In this document: positions 1-9,274 of the stretch, one piece after another | How positions within the stretch are numbered: the stretch's first letter is position 1 | Layout of the letters: each line of letters opens with the position of its first letter | Source: Candidatus Bathyarchaeota archaeon B26-2 | GTDB lineage: Archaea; Thermoproteota; Bathyarchaeia; Bathyarchaeales; B26-1 | Direction of reading: 5' to 3' | Assembly (NCBI GenBank): GCA_001593935.1 | Contig: LUCE01000019.1 | Coordinates: 35,491-99,490 of the forward strand | Length of the DNA: 64,000 nucleotides | Made by a program: the position numbers and the translations under genes | The notes under the pieces: generated by a model | Database searches by the model: none | What the model was told of the DNA's origin: nothing | Seen by the model: only the letters and a program-made list of their open reading frames with translations

Positions 1-531
1 ATCGTCCTAGAGTATAATATGCGGCTGATCGAGTGGTGGATCGGGAACGATGTAGACGTCATAGGGTTCGGGGACGACCTTGGAACCCAAGATAGGCTCA
101 CGATAAACCCCAAAGTTTTCCGCAGAGTGTTCATCCCTGCGTACACCGAGATGTTTAAAGCCTGCAAAGAGGCCGGGGTTCACGTCCATTTCCACAGCGA
201 CGGCCACATAATGGAGGTGGCACACGACTTGGTGGAGGCTGGAGTCAGCGTGCTTAACCTACAGGACATAGTCAACGGGCTGGAAAGGATAGAACGTGAA
301 CTCAAGGGGAGAGTCTGCATAGACCTAGACATAGACCGGCAGAGGCTTCTCCCCTTCGGAACCCCGGAGGAGATCGAGAGGCACATAGAGGTTTCAGTCT
401 CACGGCTTGCCTCTAGGAGGGGAGGCCTTATGCTGACAGCTGGGATATACCCTGACGTGCCGCTGGCCAACATAGAGGCTCTCATCCAGTCGATGGAGCG
501 CCACAGAGACTACCGGAACGTGCCGGAGTGA
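1..531 (+). CDS. Uroporphyrinogen decarboxylase (URO-D)-fold protein, MtaA/CmuA-like. The 5' end is cut by the window edge.
   Basis: The C-terminal half matches the URO-D fold pattern (FGDDLGTQ, HVHFHSDGHIMEV, VLNLQD). The frame is open to base 1. Confidence 0.65.
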   Translation: MVLEYNMRLIEWWIGNDVDVIGFGDDLGTQDRLTINPKVFRRVFIPAYTEMFKACKEAGVHVHFHSDGHIMEVAHDLVEAGVSVLNLQDIVNGLERIERELKGRVCIDLDIDRQRLLPFGTPEEIERHIEVSVSRLASRRGGLMLTAGIYPDVPLANIEALIQSMERHRDYRNVPE

Positions 532-613
532 AAGAACCAGCATGGATCGATGTTGTTCCCAAAGATTTTTATTCTCGGAATTATCTTCCCAAAGTGTCAG
601 GAGGACAAGGGTA

Positions 614-796
614 ATGGTCGAGATCAAGATCGACGTAGAGAAGTGCACGGGATGCGGAACCTGCGTAGACGTGTGCCCCGTAGGGGTCTACGAGCTGAGA
701 GACGGAAAGTCCGTAGCTGTGAACGTCGACGAGTGCCTCGCCTGTATGACATGCGAAGCCCAATGTCCCGAGAACGCCATCACGGTCATAGAGTAG
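614..796 (+). CDS. 2x[4Fe-4S] ferredoxin
   Basis: Two CxxCxxCxxxCP motifs (CTGCGTCVDVCP, CLACMTCEAQCP). An internal ATG at 614 gives a typical 60-aa ferredoxin. The upstream part of the tracked ORF is low-complexity. Confidence 0.85.
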   Translation: MVEIKIDVEKCTGCGTCVDVCPVGVYELRDGKSVAVNVDECLACMTCEAQCPENAITVIE

Positions 797-801
797 GTTC
801 T

Positions 802-1878
802 TTAGAGGCTCCAGAAACGCGACTGAATCCGCCTAACGTCCTCCAACATTTTTTCTGCCATAATCTCAGCCGCGAGGTTCAACTTAGGCCTCCTATCACT
901 AACCCTATAGAAGATTCCCGCCATCTCGGCGACTACCGACGGCACAACCTTTCTCAAGAAACCCAAGCTGTAGCCGCCCTCCAAGACCGCTACAAGCCTC
1001 CCGCCGCACACCCTCTCAGCCAACTCTAGGAGTACCCTGAAGACCCTAGGGTAGATGAACGCCGAGAGCGAGAGATCCGCCACGGAGTCTCTGTAGTATC
1101 CGTCGAAACCAGCCGAGACCAGGATAAACTGAGGCTTGTACTGCTGAGCAACAGGTACAACTATGTCCCGCATAGCTCTCCAGTAGGAGGGGTCCCCGCA
1201 ACCGAAGGGGAGCACGATGTTCACGTTGTAACCCAAACCGTCGCCGACGCCGACCTCGTCTATGAACCCTGTTCCGGGAAACTCCCACGGGTCTTGATGG
1301 AGACTGATGTATAGGACGCTCTTCGTAGAGTAGAAGGCCTCCTGTGTTCCGTTCCCGTGGTGAGCGTCTATATCCAGCACAAGGACGCGGCTTAGGCCAC
1401 GTCTCTCTACGAGATGGGCGGCCGCGACGGCGACGTTATTGAAGATGCAGAAGCCCAAGCTGTAGTCCGGTCCGGCGTGGTGCCCCGGAGGCCTAACCAG
1501 AGCGAAGGAGTTCTTGAAGACCCCGTCCATAACCTCTTCGACCGCCTTGAGGGCTCCGCCAACCGCCAGAGAGGCCACCTCGAAGCTCTCAGAAGAGAGG
1601 ACGGTTTCATCCGAGCCTAAGAGGCCTCCACCCCTCGAGCAGATGTCCTTAACGAGATTTATGTACTCACTCTCATGAACGAGCCTAAGGGCTTCCAAGT
1701 CGGCTGGTTCAGGCTCGACCCAAACGATTCGGGCTTCACGTCCACGTCTAAGGAGGCTGCTCCTCTCCAGCCCTTCGACCGCTGCCTCTAAACGTCTAGG
1801 TGACTCCGGGTGGCCGAAACCGGTCTTGTGGTCCAGGTATCTCGGCGAGAAGATTATGGCGGTTCCGGGTTCTCCCAC
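802..1878 (-). CDS. Histone deacetylase / acetoin-utilisation (AcuC) family Zn deacetylase
   Basis: Motifs PPGHHAGPDYSLGFCIFNNVA and DIDAHHGNGTQ. Overlaps the upstream asnB-like gene by 25 nt. Confidence 0.85.
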   Translation of the reverse strand: MGEPGTAIIFSPRYLDHKTGFGHPESPRRLEAAVEGLERSSLLRRGREARIVWVEPEPADLEALRLVHESEYINLVKDICSRGGGLLGSDETVLSSESFEVASLAVGGALKAVEEVMDGVFKNSFALVRPPGHHAGPDYSLGFCIFNNVAVAAAHLVERRGLSRVLVLDIDAHHGNGTQEAFYSTKSVLYISLHQDPWEFPGTGFIDEVGVGDGLGYNVNIVLPFGCGDPSYWRAMRDIVVPVAQQYKPQFILVSAGFDGYYRDSVADLSLSAFIYPRVFRVLLELAERVCGGRLVAVLEGGYSLGFLRKVVPSVVAEMAGIFYRVSDRRPKLNLAAEIMAEKMLEDVRRIQSRFWSL

Positions 1879-3314
1879 TCCATTCTCCTCCAGCAGTCTT
1901 CTATAAGCCCCTTTATGGTCATCTTCCTCTTCTTCGCTAATCTTCTGAGAGCCTTATCCACACCTGTGGCGTACTGGATGGCCTTCTTTCTTCTCCCGTA
2001 GACTTCTGGAGGCAACCCGACCTCCTCCGCTAGTCTACGTAGCACCCTCTTCCTCAAAGGGTCCTGTGGAGAGCATATCTTTAGGTCGACTGGTAGGCTT
2101 AGAGCGAACGTGGTCAGGCTCCAGTCGGCGAAGGGTAGGCGGAGCTCCACATGGTGAAAGGAACAGACCTTCTCGTCCCTCTCAAAGTTCCTCTCGTAGG
2201 AGCCCTTAACATCTTGGTAGAGGGCTTCCCATACGCCTCTAACCCCGAGAGACTTGTAGACGTCTAGATACTTACTGTATCCTCCGAAGAGCTCGTCACT
2301 ACCCTGACCTGCGAAGAGAACCCTCAACCCAAGCTCAGACGCAGCCTCAGCCACATAGTAGAAAGGAATCCCAACAGAGACTGCTAGGTGGCTTGGCTCC
2401 TCGACGAGCCACAGAACTCGAGGTAGAAGACGCTCAACATCAGATTCTGTGAGCAACCGAACGTGGAGGGGAAGACCCAGCGCATCAGCCGCTTCCCTCG
2501 CGCAGCGAACCTCAACTTCTCCCCCAAAACCGACAGTTACCAATTGAACCTCGACGCCGGTGTCCTTCAAGAAGGCCGCCAAGATCGAGCTATCGAGGCC
2601 GCCGGAGAATGCTAGAGCAACCCTCCTGAGGCCGTAGGCCCTTCTCCTCACAGCCTCTCTGAGCAGCCTTCCAAGCGTTTTAACCGCGTCTTCCATGGAG
2701 ACGCTGCGCTTCTCGGGCTCGGTTACGACCCTCACAGGTTTTAGGATGCAGCCACTAGCCGAAAAGTACGCGACATGACCGGGAGGAAACGACTTAACCT
2801 CCCTAACACCAACGGCCCATAAGGCCTTCCTTTCGGAAGCCGCAGCGTAGAAGCCCCTCCCCTCACCGTAGTGTAGGGGAGCCAAACCGAGCGGGTCCCT
2901 GCCAACGATGAGGCCGTCTCCAATGACCGCCGCGAAAGTGTAGGCTCCTTCTAGACCCTTCAAGATCAGCTCGGCTTCCTCCAGAGGCTTACTCCCGAAT
3001 GTTCTGAGGGCGATCTCGACGCTCGGCTCTCCCTGCGGCTGGCATAGTCTGCCCTCGAAGACGAGTTTGACGGTGCCGGACTGGACCGGTTGAGGATTGT
3101 CCTCGCGGAGGATGCGTGACAGGTTGTGGCCGATCGCGATGGGTGACTTGAGCCCAGAGGTTGCCTCCGACGAGGAACTGCCGATCTTCACTGCGTCGCT
3201 GGTGGCTACTCCATAGGCCTCGTTCCCTCTATGCCGTAACGTCTCCATCATCTTGACGATCTTGGGGACAATGTCTCCTCGTTCTCTGCTCACGGCGGCT
3301 GTGAGGGCGCCCAA
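1854..3314 (-). CDS. Asparagine synthase-like amidotransferase (PP-loop), with a degenerate glutaminase domain
   Basis: SGGLDSS PP-loop. N-terminal Ntn-GATase-like region (GRDPLGLAPLHY) but no Cys after the initiator (TTG start, then GALTAAVS). GGAGG-like sequence upstream. Confidence 0.75.
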   Translation of the reverse strand: MGALTAAVSRERGDIVPKIVKMMETLRHRGNEAYGVATSDAVKIGSSSSEATSGLKSPIAIGHNLSRILREDNPQPVQSGTVKLVFEGRLCQPQGEPSVEIALRTFGSKPLEEAELILKGLEGAYTFAAVIGDGLIVGRDPLGLAPLHYGEGRGFYAAASERKALWAVGVREVKSFPPGHVAYFSASGCILKPVRVVTEPEKRSVSMEDAVKTLGRLLREAVRRRAYGLRRVALAFSGGLDSSILAAFLKDTGVEVQLVTVGFGGEVEVRCAREAADALGLPLHVRLLTESDVERLLPRVLWLVEEPSHLAVSVGIPFYYVAEAASELGLRVLFAGQGSDELFGGYSKYLDVYKSLGVRGVWEALYQDVKGSYERNFERDEKVCSFHHVELRLPFADWSLTTFALSLPVDLKICSPQDPLRKRVLRRLAEEVGLPPEVYGRRKKAIQYATGVDKALRRLAKKRKMTIKGLIEDCWRRMEWENPEPP

Positions 3315-3390
3315 GGCCTCCGACCGTCCTCCTTACCGGTAAAGGTTTATCTTCGATGCTAATATCTTATCCTTTTGTGGAGGGGTAGGC

Positions 3391-4761
3391 TTGCCTATAC
3401 TTCCGATCGATACTGGAAGGTACGGAACCCCGGAGATGCTTGAGGTCTTCGAGGAGGAGAACTGGGTTCAGAGGATGCTCGATGTTGAGGCTGCTCTAGC
3501 TTGGGCTCACGGCGAGGTTGGAGACATCCCGAAGGAGGACGCGGAGAGGATCGTTGAGATGGCCTCGACCAACTATGTTCGGGTCAGCCGTATCAAAGAG
3601 ATAGAGAGCGAGATACGGCACGACATCATGGCTCTCGTCAGGGCTCTAGCCGAGGTCTGCGGTTCGAGCGGGGCGTACGTCCACTTGGGAGCTACGAGCT
3701 ATGACATCGTCGACACCGCTAGGGCTCTTCAGCTCAGAGACGCCGTGAACATAATCTTACGTAAGCTCGACGCTTTGGAGCTCACCCTCATGAAGGCTGC
3801 AGAGAAGTATAAGAAGACGATCATGATCGGGCGGACCCATGGTCAACACGCCCTCCCGATAACCTTCGGGCTCAAGTTAGCGGTCTGGATGAGGGAGGTC
3901 TCGAGACACATCGAGAGGCTGAACGAGTGTAAGAAGAGGCTTATAGTCGGGAAGATGAGCGGGGCTGTGGGCACCCAAGCAGGCCTAGGGCCGAACGCCT
4001 TGAAGGTTCAGGAGCTCGTGATGAAGAGGCTCGGAATAAGGGCCGCCGAGGTTACAACCCAGATAATCCAGAGGGACCGCCACGCGGAGCTAATATGCAC
4101 GCTGGCCATGATAGGTTCAACCCTCGACAAGATGGCGACCGAGATTAGAGAACTCCAGAGAACCGAGATAGGTGAAGTCTACGAACCCTTCAGGAGGAAA
4201 CGCCAAGTAGGGAGCTCAACTATGCCTCACAAACGAAACCCGGAGCTCTGCGAGAGAGTCTGCGGCCTAGCAAAGGTCTTGCGGAGCCTCGTCATCCCGG
4301 CTCTAGAGAATATCCCGACATGGCACGAGAGGGACCTAACACAGTCCTCCTCGGAGAGGTTCATAATACCAGAGGCTTGCATCATAACTGACTACGTGTT
4401 GCACTTGATGATAGGGATAATCTCTGGAATGGAAGTTGACGAAGAGCGTATGCTCGAGAACGTTGGGTTGACAAAGGGACTCACAATGTCGGAGGCCGTC
4501 ATGCTCGCCCTAGTCCGGAAGGGAATGGGCCGCCAAGAGGCTCACGAGCTTGTAAGGAGGCTCGCCGTGAAGAGCCGCATGGAGGAAACCGACTTCGAGA
4601 GAGTTCTCCGCGAAGACGAGACCGTTAGGAGGTTCCTCACCGAAGAGGAGATCAACGCAGCCCTAGACCCGAGGAGGTACCTCGGCACGGCCGTAGAACA
4701 GGTCGAGAAGGCGATCCGGAAGACAAAGGAGGAACGCCGAGGTAGAGGGCTGAAAGAGTAG
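3391..4761 (+). CDS. purB: Adenylosuccinate lyase
   Basis: Fumarate-lyase signature SSTMPHKRNP, ~456 aa, TTG start. Confidence 0.9.
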   Translation: MPILPIDTGRYGTPEMLEVFEEENWVQRMLDVEAALAWAHGEVGDIPKEDAERIVEMASTNYVRVSRIKEIESEIRHDIMALVRALAEVCGSSGAYVHLGATSYDIVDTARALQLRDAVNIILRKLDALELTLMKAAEKYKKTIMIGRTHGQHALPITFGLKLAVWMREVSRHIERLNECKKRLIVGKMSGAVGTQAGLGPNALKVQELVMKRLGIRAAEVTTQIIQRDRHAELICTLAMIGSTLDKMATEIRELQRTEIGEVYEPFRRKRQVGSSTMPHKRNPELCERVCGLAKVLRSLVIPALENIPTWHERDLTQSSSERFIIPEACIITDYVLHLMIGIISGMEVDEERMLENVGLTKGLTMSEAVMLALVRKGMGRQEAHELVRRLAVKSRMEETDFERVLREDETVRRFLTEEEINAALDPRRYLGTAVEQVEKAIRKTKEERRGRGLKE

Positions 4762-4807
4762 GGGAAAGGCTTAGTTCTCCGATGAGCGGTGTTCCCTCCC
4801 ATCCCCG

Positions 4808-5263
4808 TCATTCTAGGTTCTTCTTGCTCTTTTTAAGGAAGGCTTCGAGTTCCTCTAGGCTTCGAAGCATAACGTCTGAGTGGGCTACTATCCATGGGCT
4901 GGGATCGTCGATCTCGCAGATAGTTATGGTCTTCTTTCCCTTCATCTTGGCGTAGAAGAGCTCCATACATGTTCCCGCTGAGAGTCGGGGTAGGTAAGCG
5001 ACGAGCAGGTCGCAGTTCTCTATATCTTCTAGGTCCCTCCTTATGAAGTCTGGATGTGGAACGTTTCTCCACCACCCGTCCTTGACTTCTGCCTTAGCTG
5101 AGTATATGACCTTCTCGCGTTCCCACGGGTCTACCGGTTCGTACCCGCACCGTACCAGAATCTCACGAATCTTGTCTCTATAATGGCGTTCCATGCCTTG
5201 TATCGGGCCTGAGATGAAGACTCTCCCAGCCATCCGGCCTTTGGCTTCTCGACTGCTCATCAT
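4808..5263 (-). CDS. Nucleoside 2-deoxyribosyltransferase-like protein
   Basis: RVFISGP near the N-terminus and CDLLVAYLP...AGTCMELFYAKMKGKK fit the NDT-family pattern. The start may be the internal Met at 5233. Confidence 0.45.
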   Translation of the reverse strand: MMSSREAKGRMAGRVFISGPIQGMERHYRDKIREILVRCGYEPVDPWEREKVIYSAKAEVKDGWWRNVPHPDFIRRDLEDIENCDLLVAYLPRLSAGTCMELFYAKMKGKKTITICEIDDPSPWIVAHSDVMLRSLEELEAFLKKSKKNLE

Positions 5264-5359
5264 CTCCTCTTCCTAATCTTCTCGAACCTTATAAATTTGG
5301 TTGCGGCGCTAATATGGGAGTTAGAAAGGACTTACGCCAACCGAGGTGAACTTGACCCT

Positions 5360-6034
5360 ATGAAGGGTGTGAAAGCTGTCCTCTTCGATCTCGGAGACAC
5401 TCTGATAAGGACTGCGAGTGTAGCCAAGATCCTTCAGAGGATACTCAGCCTCTACGGTGTAAAACGGCCTCTGCCGGAGATAGAGAAGGCTCGTAGGGAA
5501 GCCGAGCTGGAGATCAGCATAGAAGACTACAGGCTTCCGTACATGGAGTTCTGGGTTAAGTGGAACCTACGCATCTTAAAGAGGCTAGGAATTGTTGAGG
5601 ATCTAGACCGGCTCTCCCGGGAGATCGTTAGGGTCTGGTGGGACAACGCGGACGTCGAACTCTATCCAGACGTGATGGAGACCATCAAACATCTGAGGGA
5701 GAGAAACCTCAAACTCGGCATAGTTACGAACGGATTCAAGAACGACATAGATGAGATCCTTCCCAGAGTCGGGCTTGAAGGAGTCTTCGAGATAACCGTT
5801 GGCGTAGACGCGGTTGGTAAGCCCAAACCCTATAAAGACATCTTCCTGCACGCCGTGGAGAGGCTGGGCATCCGCCCTCACGAAGCCTTGTGTGTCGGTG
5901 ACTCCTTAGAGATGGACTACATCGGGGCTTTGAAGGCTGGATTGAAAGCCATACTCCTAGACCGCGATGGCGTGGTGCGAGATAAGGGCGTCCATAAGAT
6001 AAGAAGTCTACTCGAGATCGTGAAACACGTGTAA
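5360..6034 (+). CDS. HAD-superfamily hydrolase
   Basis: Motif I FDLGDTL, motif II IVTNG, KPKP, and motif IV GDSLEMD. The internal ATG at 5360 places motif I near the N-terminus. Confidence 0.75.
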   Translation: MKGVKAVLFDLGDTLIRTASVAKILQRILSLYGVKRPLPEIEKARREAELEISIEDYRLPYMEFWVKWNLRILKRLGIVEDLDRLSREIVRVWWDNADVELYPDVMETIKHLRERNLKLGIVTNGFKNDIDEILPRVGLEGVFEITVGVDAVGKPKPYKDIFLHAVERLGIRPHEALCVGDSLEMDYIGALKAGLKAILLDRDGVVRDKGVHKIRSLLEIVKHV

Positions 6035-6088
6035 CATGCCGGGTTAGGGAAGAACTTTAGAGCGTCAGAGATTCTTTGATTTAAATTT

Positions 6089-6760
6089 TTACGGAGATTC
6101 CTCCTTTATTAGCCTCTTCTTCTCTTCCTTGTTTAGCTCCCGGTATCCTTCCTTCTCTGTGACCGTGGCTACGTTCACGTCGTCTCCGGTGTATACGTTC
6201 CTTCTCATCGCCGCCATGATCGCTCTCAAAGCCAAGGCTAAACCATCTTTCAGTTCCATGTCCCTCCTATAGTTGTCCTCTAAGACTCCGTAGGCAACCG
6301 TTGAACCTGAACCAGTGGAGATGACGTCGTCCTCTATCCTGCTGCCGAAGGGGTCTAAGGAGTATAGGTGATAACCTTCGTCATCGAAGCCTCCTATGAT
6401 CACCTGGATGAGGTAGGGGTAATACCTCTGGGAGAAGAGGATGTTTGAGGCTAGGCTGGCTACAGCCCTGATGGGCATGAGCCTCCTCCTCTGCATCGTG
6501 TAGAGCCTAGCGTTGGCCCTTAGGATGTCTAGGATGCTCACGGCTTCAGCAGGGACGCCCGCCATAGTCATGCCGACGTTCCAAGCGATCTCGTATATCT
6601 TCTTAACTCCTTTGTGGGCGACGAGTCCCGGAAGCATCGTGGCCCGCGTATCCGTAGCCATGACGACGCCGTCCTTACATTTCAGGCCGACCGTAGTCGT
6701 CCCGAAGAGCTTACGGGGGCCGAGTCCCGGATAATCCAGTCCTCTCATCATCGCAGACAC
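6089..6760 (-). CDS. psmB: Proteasome subunit beta
   Basis: Propeptide followed by TTTVGLKCKDGVVMATDTRAT (N-terminal Thr nucleophile context). Confidence 0.9.
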   Translation of the reverse strand: MSAMMRGLDYPGLGPRKLFGTTTVGLKCKDGVVMATDTRATMLPGLVAHKGVKKIYEIAWNVGMTMAGVPAEAVSILDILRANARLYTMQRRRLMPIRAVASLASNILFSQRYYPYLIQVIIGGFDDEGYHLYSLDPFGSRIEDDVISTGSGSTVAYGVLEDNYRRDMELKDGLALALRAIMAAMRRNVYTGDDVNVATVTEKEGYRELNKEEKKRLIKEESP

Positions 6761-7194
6761 TCACAAGAAAGAACCGAGCAGAACATATAAACTTTAACGT
6801 TGGGCAGCCTCTTTCCCTTCGAGAACGCCTCGATGAGAGAAATATCTACAGACGGGTATTTAGTCACTCATCATCTGGTAGCAGTTAATAGCCCTGACCT
6901 ACCTCCTCATCAACTCCTATCGATGGAGCAGATGATGGGAGCATCGAAACAGTCAGAGCACACGATCATGTAGCCGTCCTATGATTCAACATGGCATCTG
7001 CTCGGGGTACGTCGTTGCATCGTTAGCCAGATCGACAGAAGCATCTTCGTAGAAGGGTGGCGACCTAAGTTCTGGCGTTTTGATCAAGGCTCTCTGGGCT
7101 GAGACCTTTTCAACACCCAAAAGTGATGAAGTGGGTATTGACGCATTTTTCATCTCAAAATCTTGGAGAGAAACTGTTAAGTTGAGAAGGCGAG

Positions 7195-9099
7195 ATGAAA
7201 GGGTGGAGGCGAAAGGTCTTGAGCGGGGAGGTTCAGCCGAGAAGGTGGAGCCTTCAATCTTGGTATGAACAGAACAGGAGATGGGTTAACCTTCCACCCG
7301 TGGGAGGCTCAGCATCCATCGAGCCTTCTCAGGCGAGGGCTTGCGAGGCTAGGAGGTGGGTCTTAACCTACGAGGTTGGGGACGATCCCTTAACTGAAGG
7401 GTCACATATAGCCTTTGAGTTTCCCGACTGGTGGACCCTCGACTTGGGTAGGCCCCTCTTGACGGGAACCGTCAACATCGGTCTGCCCTCTGAGGTTGGT
7501 AGGGGCTACGGCGCCCACGTTGTAGCCGAGGCCTCGAGGGAGGGGGTCGACCTCGACTTGGCCATAACCTTCGCTTCACGCTTCAAGGTCGTCGACATAG
7601 TCGTCCTTAAAGGACGCTTGGAGAAGGGAGACCGCGTGAAGGTTCATATAGGGGCGGCTCCGGGCTCGAAGGTAAGGGCTCAAAAGTTTGCTCAGAGAGC
7701 GGTCTTCGCTATGGGCGTCGATGTGAATGGGGATGGAGTATATCGGAGGGTAGACCCTCACCCATCTGTGGACGTGAAGGGCGCTTGGCCGGCCGACTTG
7801 AAGGTCGTTGCCCCGGCGACTGTTACGAAAGAAGAGGAATTCTCCGTCAAGGTTCTAGCTGTCGATAAGTACGGCCCAAACCCCGCCACAGACTACAGAG
7901 GTAAAGTGGAGATCATCCCCTCAAAGGGTGACGGGATAAAGGTGCCTCGGAGGAATATCTTATTCCGCGGTGACCCATCGGCTGAGGAGGGTGGGTTCGT
8001 AGCTGGGGACGACGGGTTCTATTACTTGACGGCTGTCGACGTGGAGAACGCTCTGGCCGGGAGGAGCAACCCTATAGCCGTCGGCTGCTCCGAGAAAAGT
8101 CTCTTCTTCGGCGATATCCACGGCCAGATGTATGAGAGCATCGGAACGGGGACCCTTGACGAGTATTACCGTTGGGGACGAGACGTCGAGTTCCTCGACT
8201 TCTGCGCTCCAGCCAACCATTATGGAGGCCGCTACGACTTCACGGACGCCCTCTGGGAGGAGCTCGTCGAGAAGACGAACAGTTATAACGAGCCTGGAAG
8301 GTTCGTCACCCTCATCGGCTACGAGTGGAGCGGCCGTGCGGGGCATAGAAACGTCTACTACCGCGGCTCCTACGGGCCGTTCCTCTCCCGTTGGAGAAGC
8401 CCAGAGTACAGCACCCTAGAGAGCTTGTGGAGGGCCCTTGAAGGCTTGGACGCTATGACTATCCCTCACCCCCATCTGGGTAATATAGACTGGAGCCTCC
8501 GGAACGATGATATGCAGAGGGTAGTCGAGATATGCTCAGCTTGGGGAATCTCTGAGGACTCTGTTCAAGACGCGTTGGCGAGGGGACATCGCCTCGGCTT
8601 CATCGGTGGTACAGACACACACTTCGGCCAACCCGGCCACGGGCCACATGACGCCGGTGAGGGGGGAGGTCTCGCCGCGGTCTATGCTGACGCATTGACA
8701 CGGGAGGCCATCTATGACGCTATATACGACCGGTACTGCTACGCGACGAACGGGGTGAGAATCTTCCTCAAGTTCACAGTTGACGGCCATAGGATGGGGG
8801 AGGAGTTCTCCGTTTCTTCTGAAAGGCCCTATAAGGCGCGGAGAATCCATGTGACGGCTGCTGGAACGAACAGAATCGAGAGAGTCGAGATCATTAGGAA
8901 CGGAGAAACCGTTCACACATGGGAGCCGGACAGCCTCGTCTTCTCGGACGATTGGCACGACGAGGAGCCGATAGAGGAGCTCGTGATCTCCCCTGAGACC
9001 CGAAGAGAGCCGCCCTTTCTGTATTACTATTGCCGCGTGTCACAGATAGATACAGGGATGGCTTGGTCCAGCCCCGTCTGGATAACTTTGGGAGGTTAA
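7195..9099 (+). CDS. DUF3604-like metal-dependent hydrolase with an N-terminal beta-rich domain
   Basis: FFGDIHGQ, YEWSGRAGHRNVYY, GGTDTHFGQPGH and YATNGVRIF resemble the PHP-like DUF3604 pattern. The true start is uncertain. Confidence 0.45.
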   Translation: MKGWRRKVLSGEVQPRRWSLQSWYEQNRRWVNLPPVGGSASIEPSQARACEARRWVLTYEVGDDPLTEGSHIAFEFPDWWTLDLGRPLLTGTVNIGLPSEVGRGYGAHVVAEASREGVDLDLAITFASRFKVVDIVVLKGRLEKGDRVKVHIGAAPGSKVRAQKFAQRAVFAMGVDVNGDGVYRRVDPHPSVDVKGAWPADLKVVAPATVTKEEEFSVKVLAVDKYGPNPATDYRGKVEIIPSKGDGIKVPRRNILFRGDPSAEEGGFVAGDDGFYYLTAVDVENALAGRSNPIAVGCSEKSLFFGDIHGQMYESIGTGTLDEYYRWGRDVEFLDFCAPANHYGGRYDFTDALWEELVEKTNSYNEPGRFVTLIGYEWSGRAGHRNVYYRGSYGPFLSRWRSPEYSTLESLWRALEGLDAMTIPHPHLGNIDWSLRNDDMQRVVEICSAWGISEDSVQDALARGHRLGFIGGTDTHFGQPGHGPHDAGEGGGLAAVYADALTREAIYDAIYDRYCYATNGVRIFLKFTVDGHRMGEEFSVSSERPYKARRIHVTAAGTNRIERVEIIRNGETVHTWEPDSLVFSDDWHDEEPIEELVISPETRREPPFLYYYCRVSQIDTGMAWSSPVWITLGG

Positions 9100-9274
9100 G
9101 CCGGTAAGGAGCGGCCGGCCCTACCAGAGGCATCTGCCCCGAAGAGGACCCTTGGAAGCCTAAAGCCATAAACCCTCCCTATGAACTTGTTTAGCTTCAT
9201 CTCTGATCAAACCTAACGCTCTCTACTGCGGGTTCGCCCTTAAGGGTTGTGGTTTATCCCTCTTCGGACGCTTT

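Noticed and set aside
550-1029. 159-aa Arg-rich ORF overlapping the ferredoxin and the HDAC 3' end
   Set aside because: It is an off-frame artefact. The ferredoxin frame carries two perfect Fe-S motifs.
7080-7268. 62-aa ORF upstream of and overlapping the DUF3604-like gene
   Set aside because: It has no start context or motif. It probably reflects uncertainty in the true start of the 634-aa gene.
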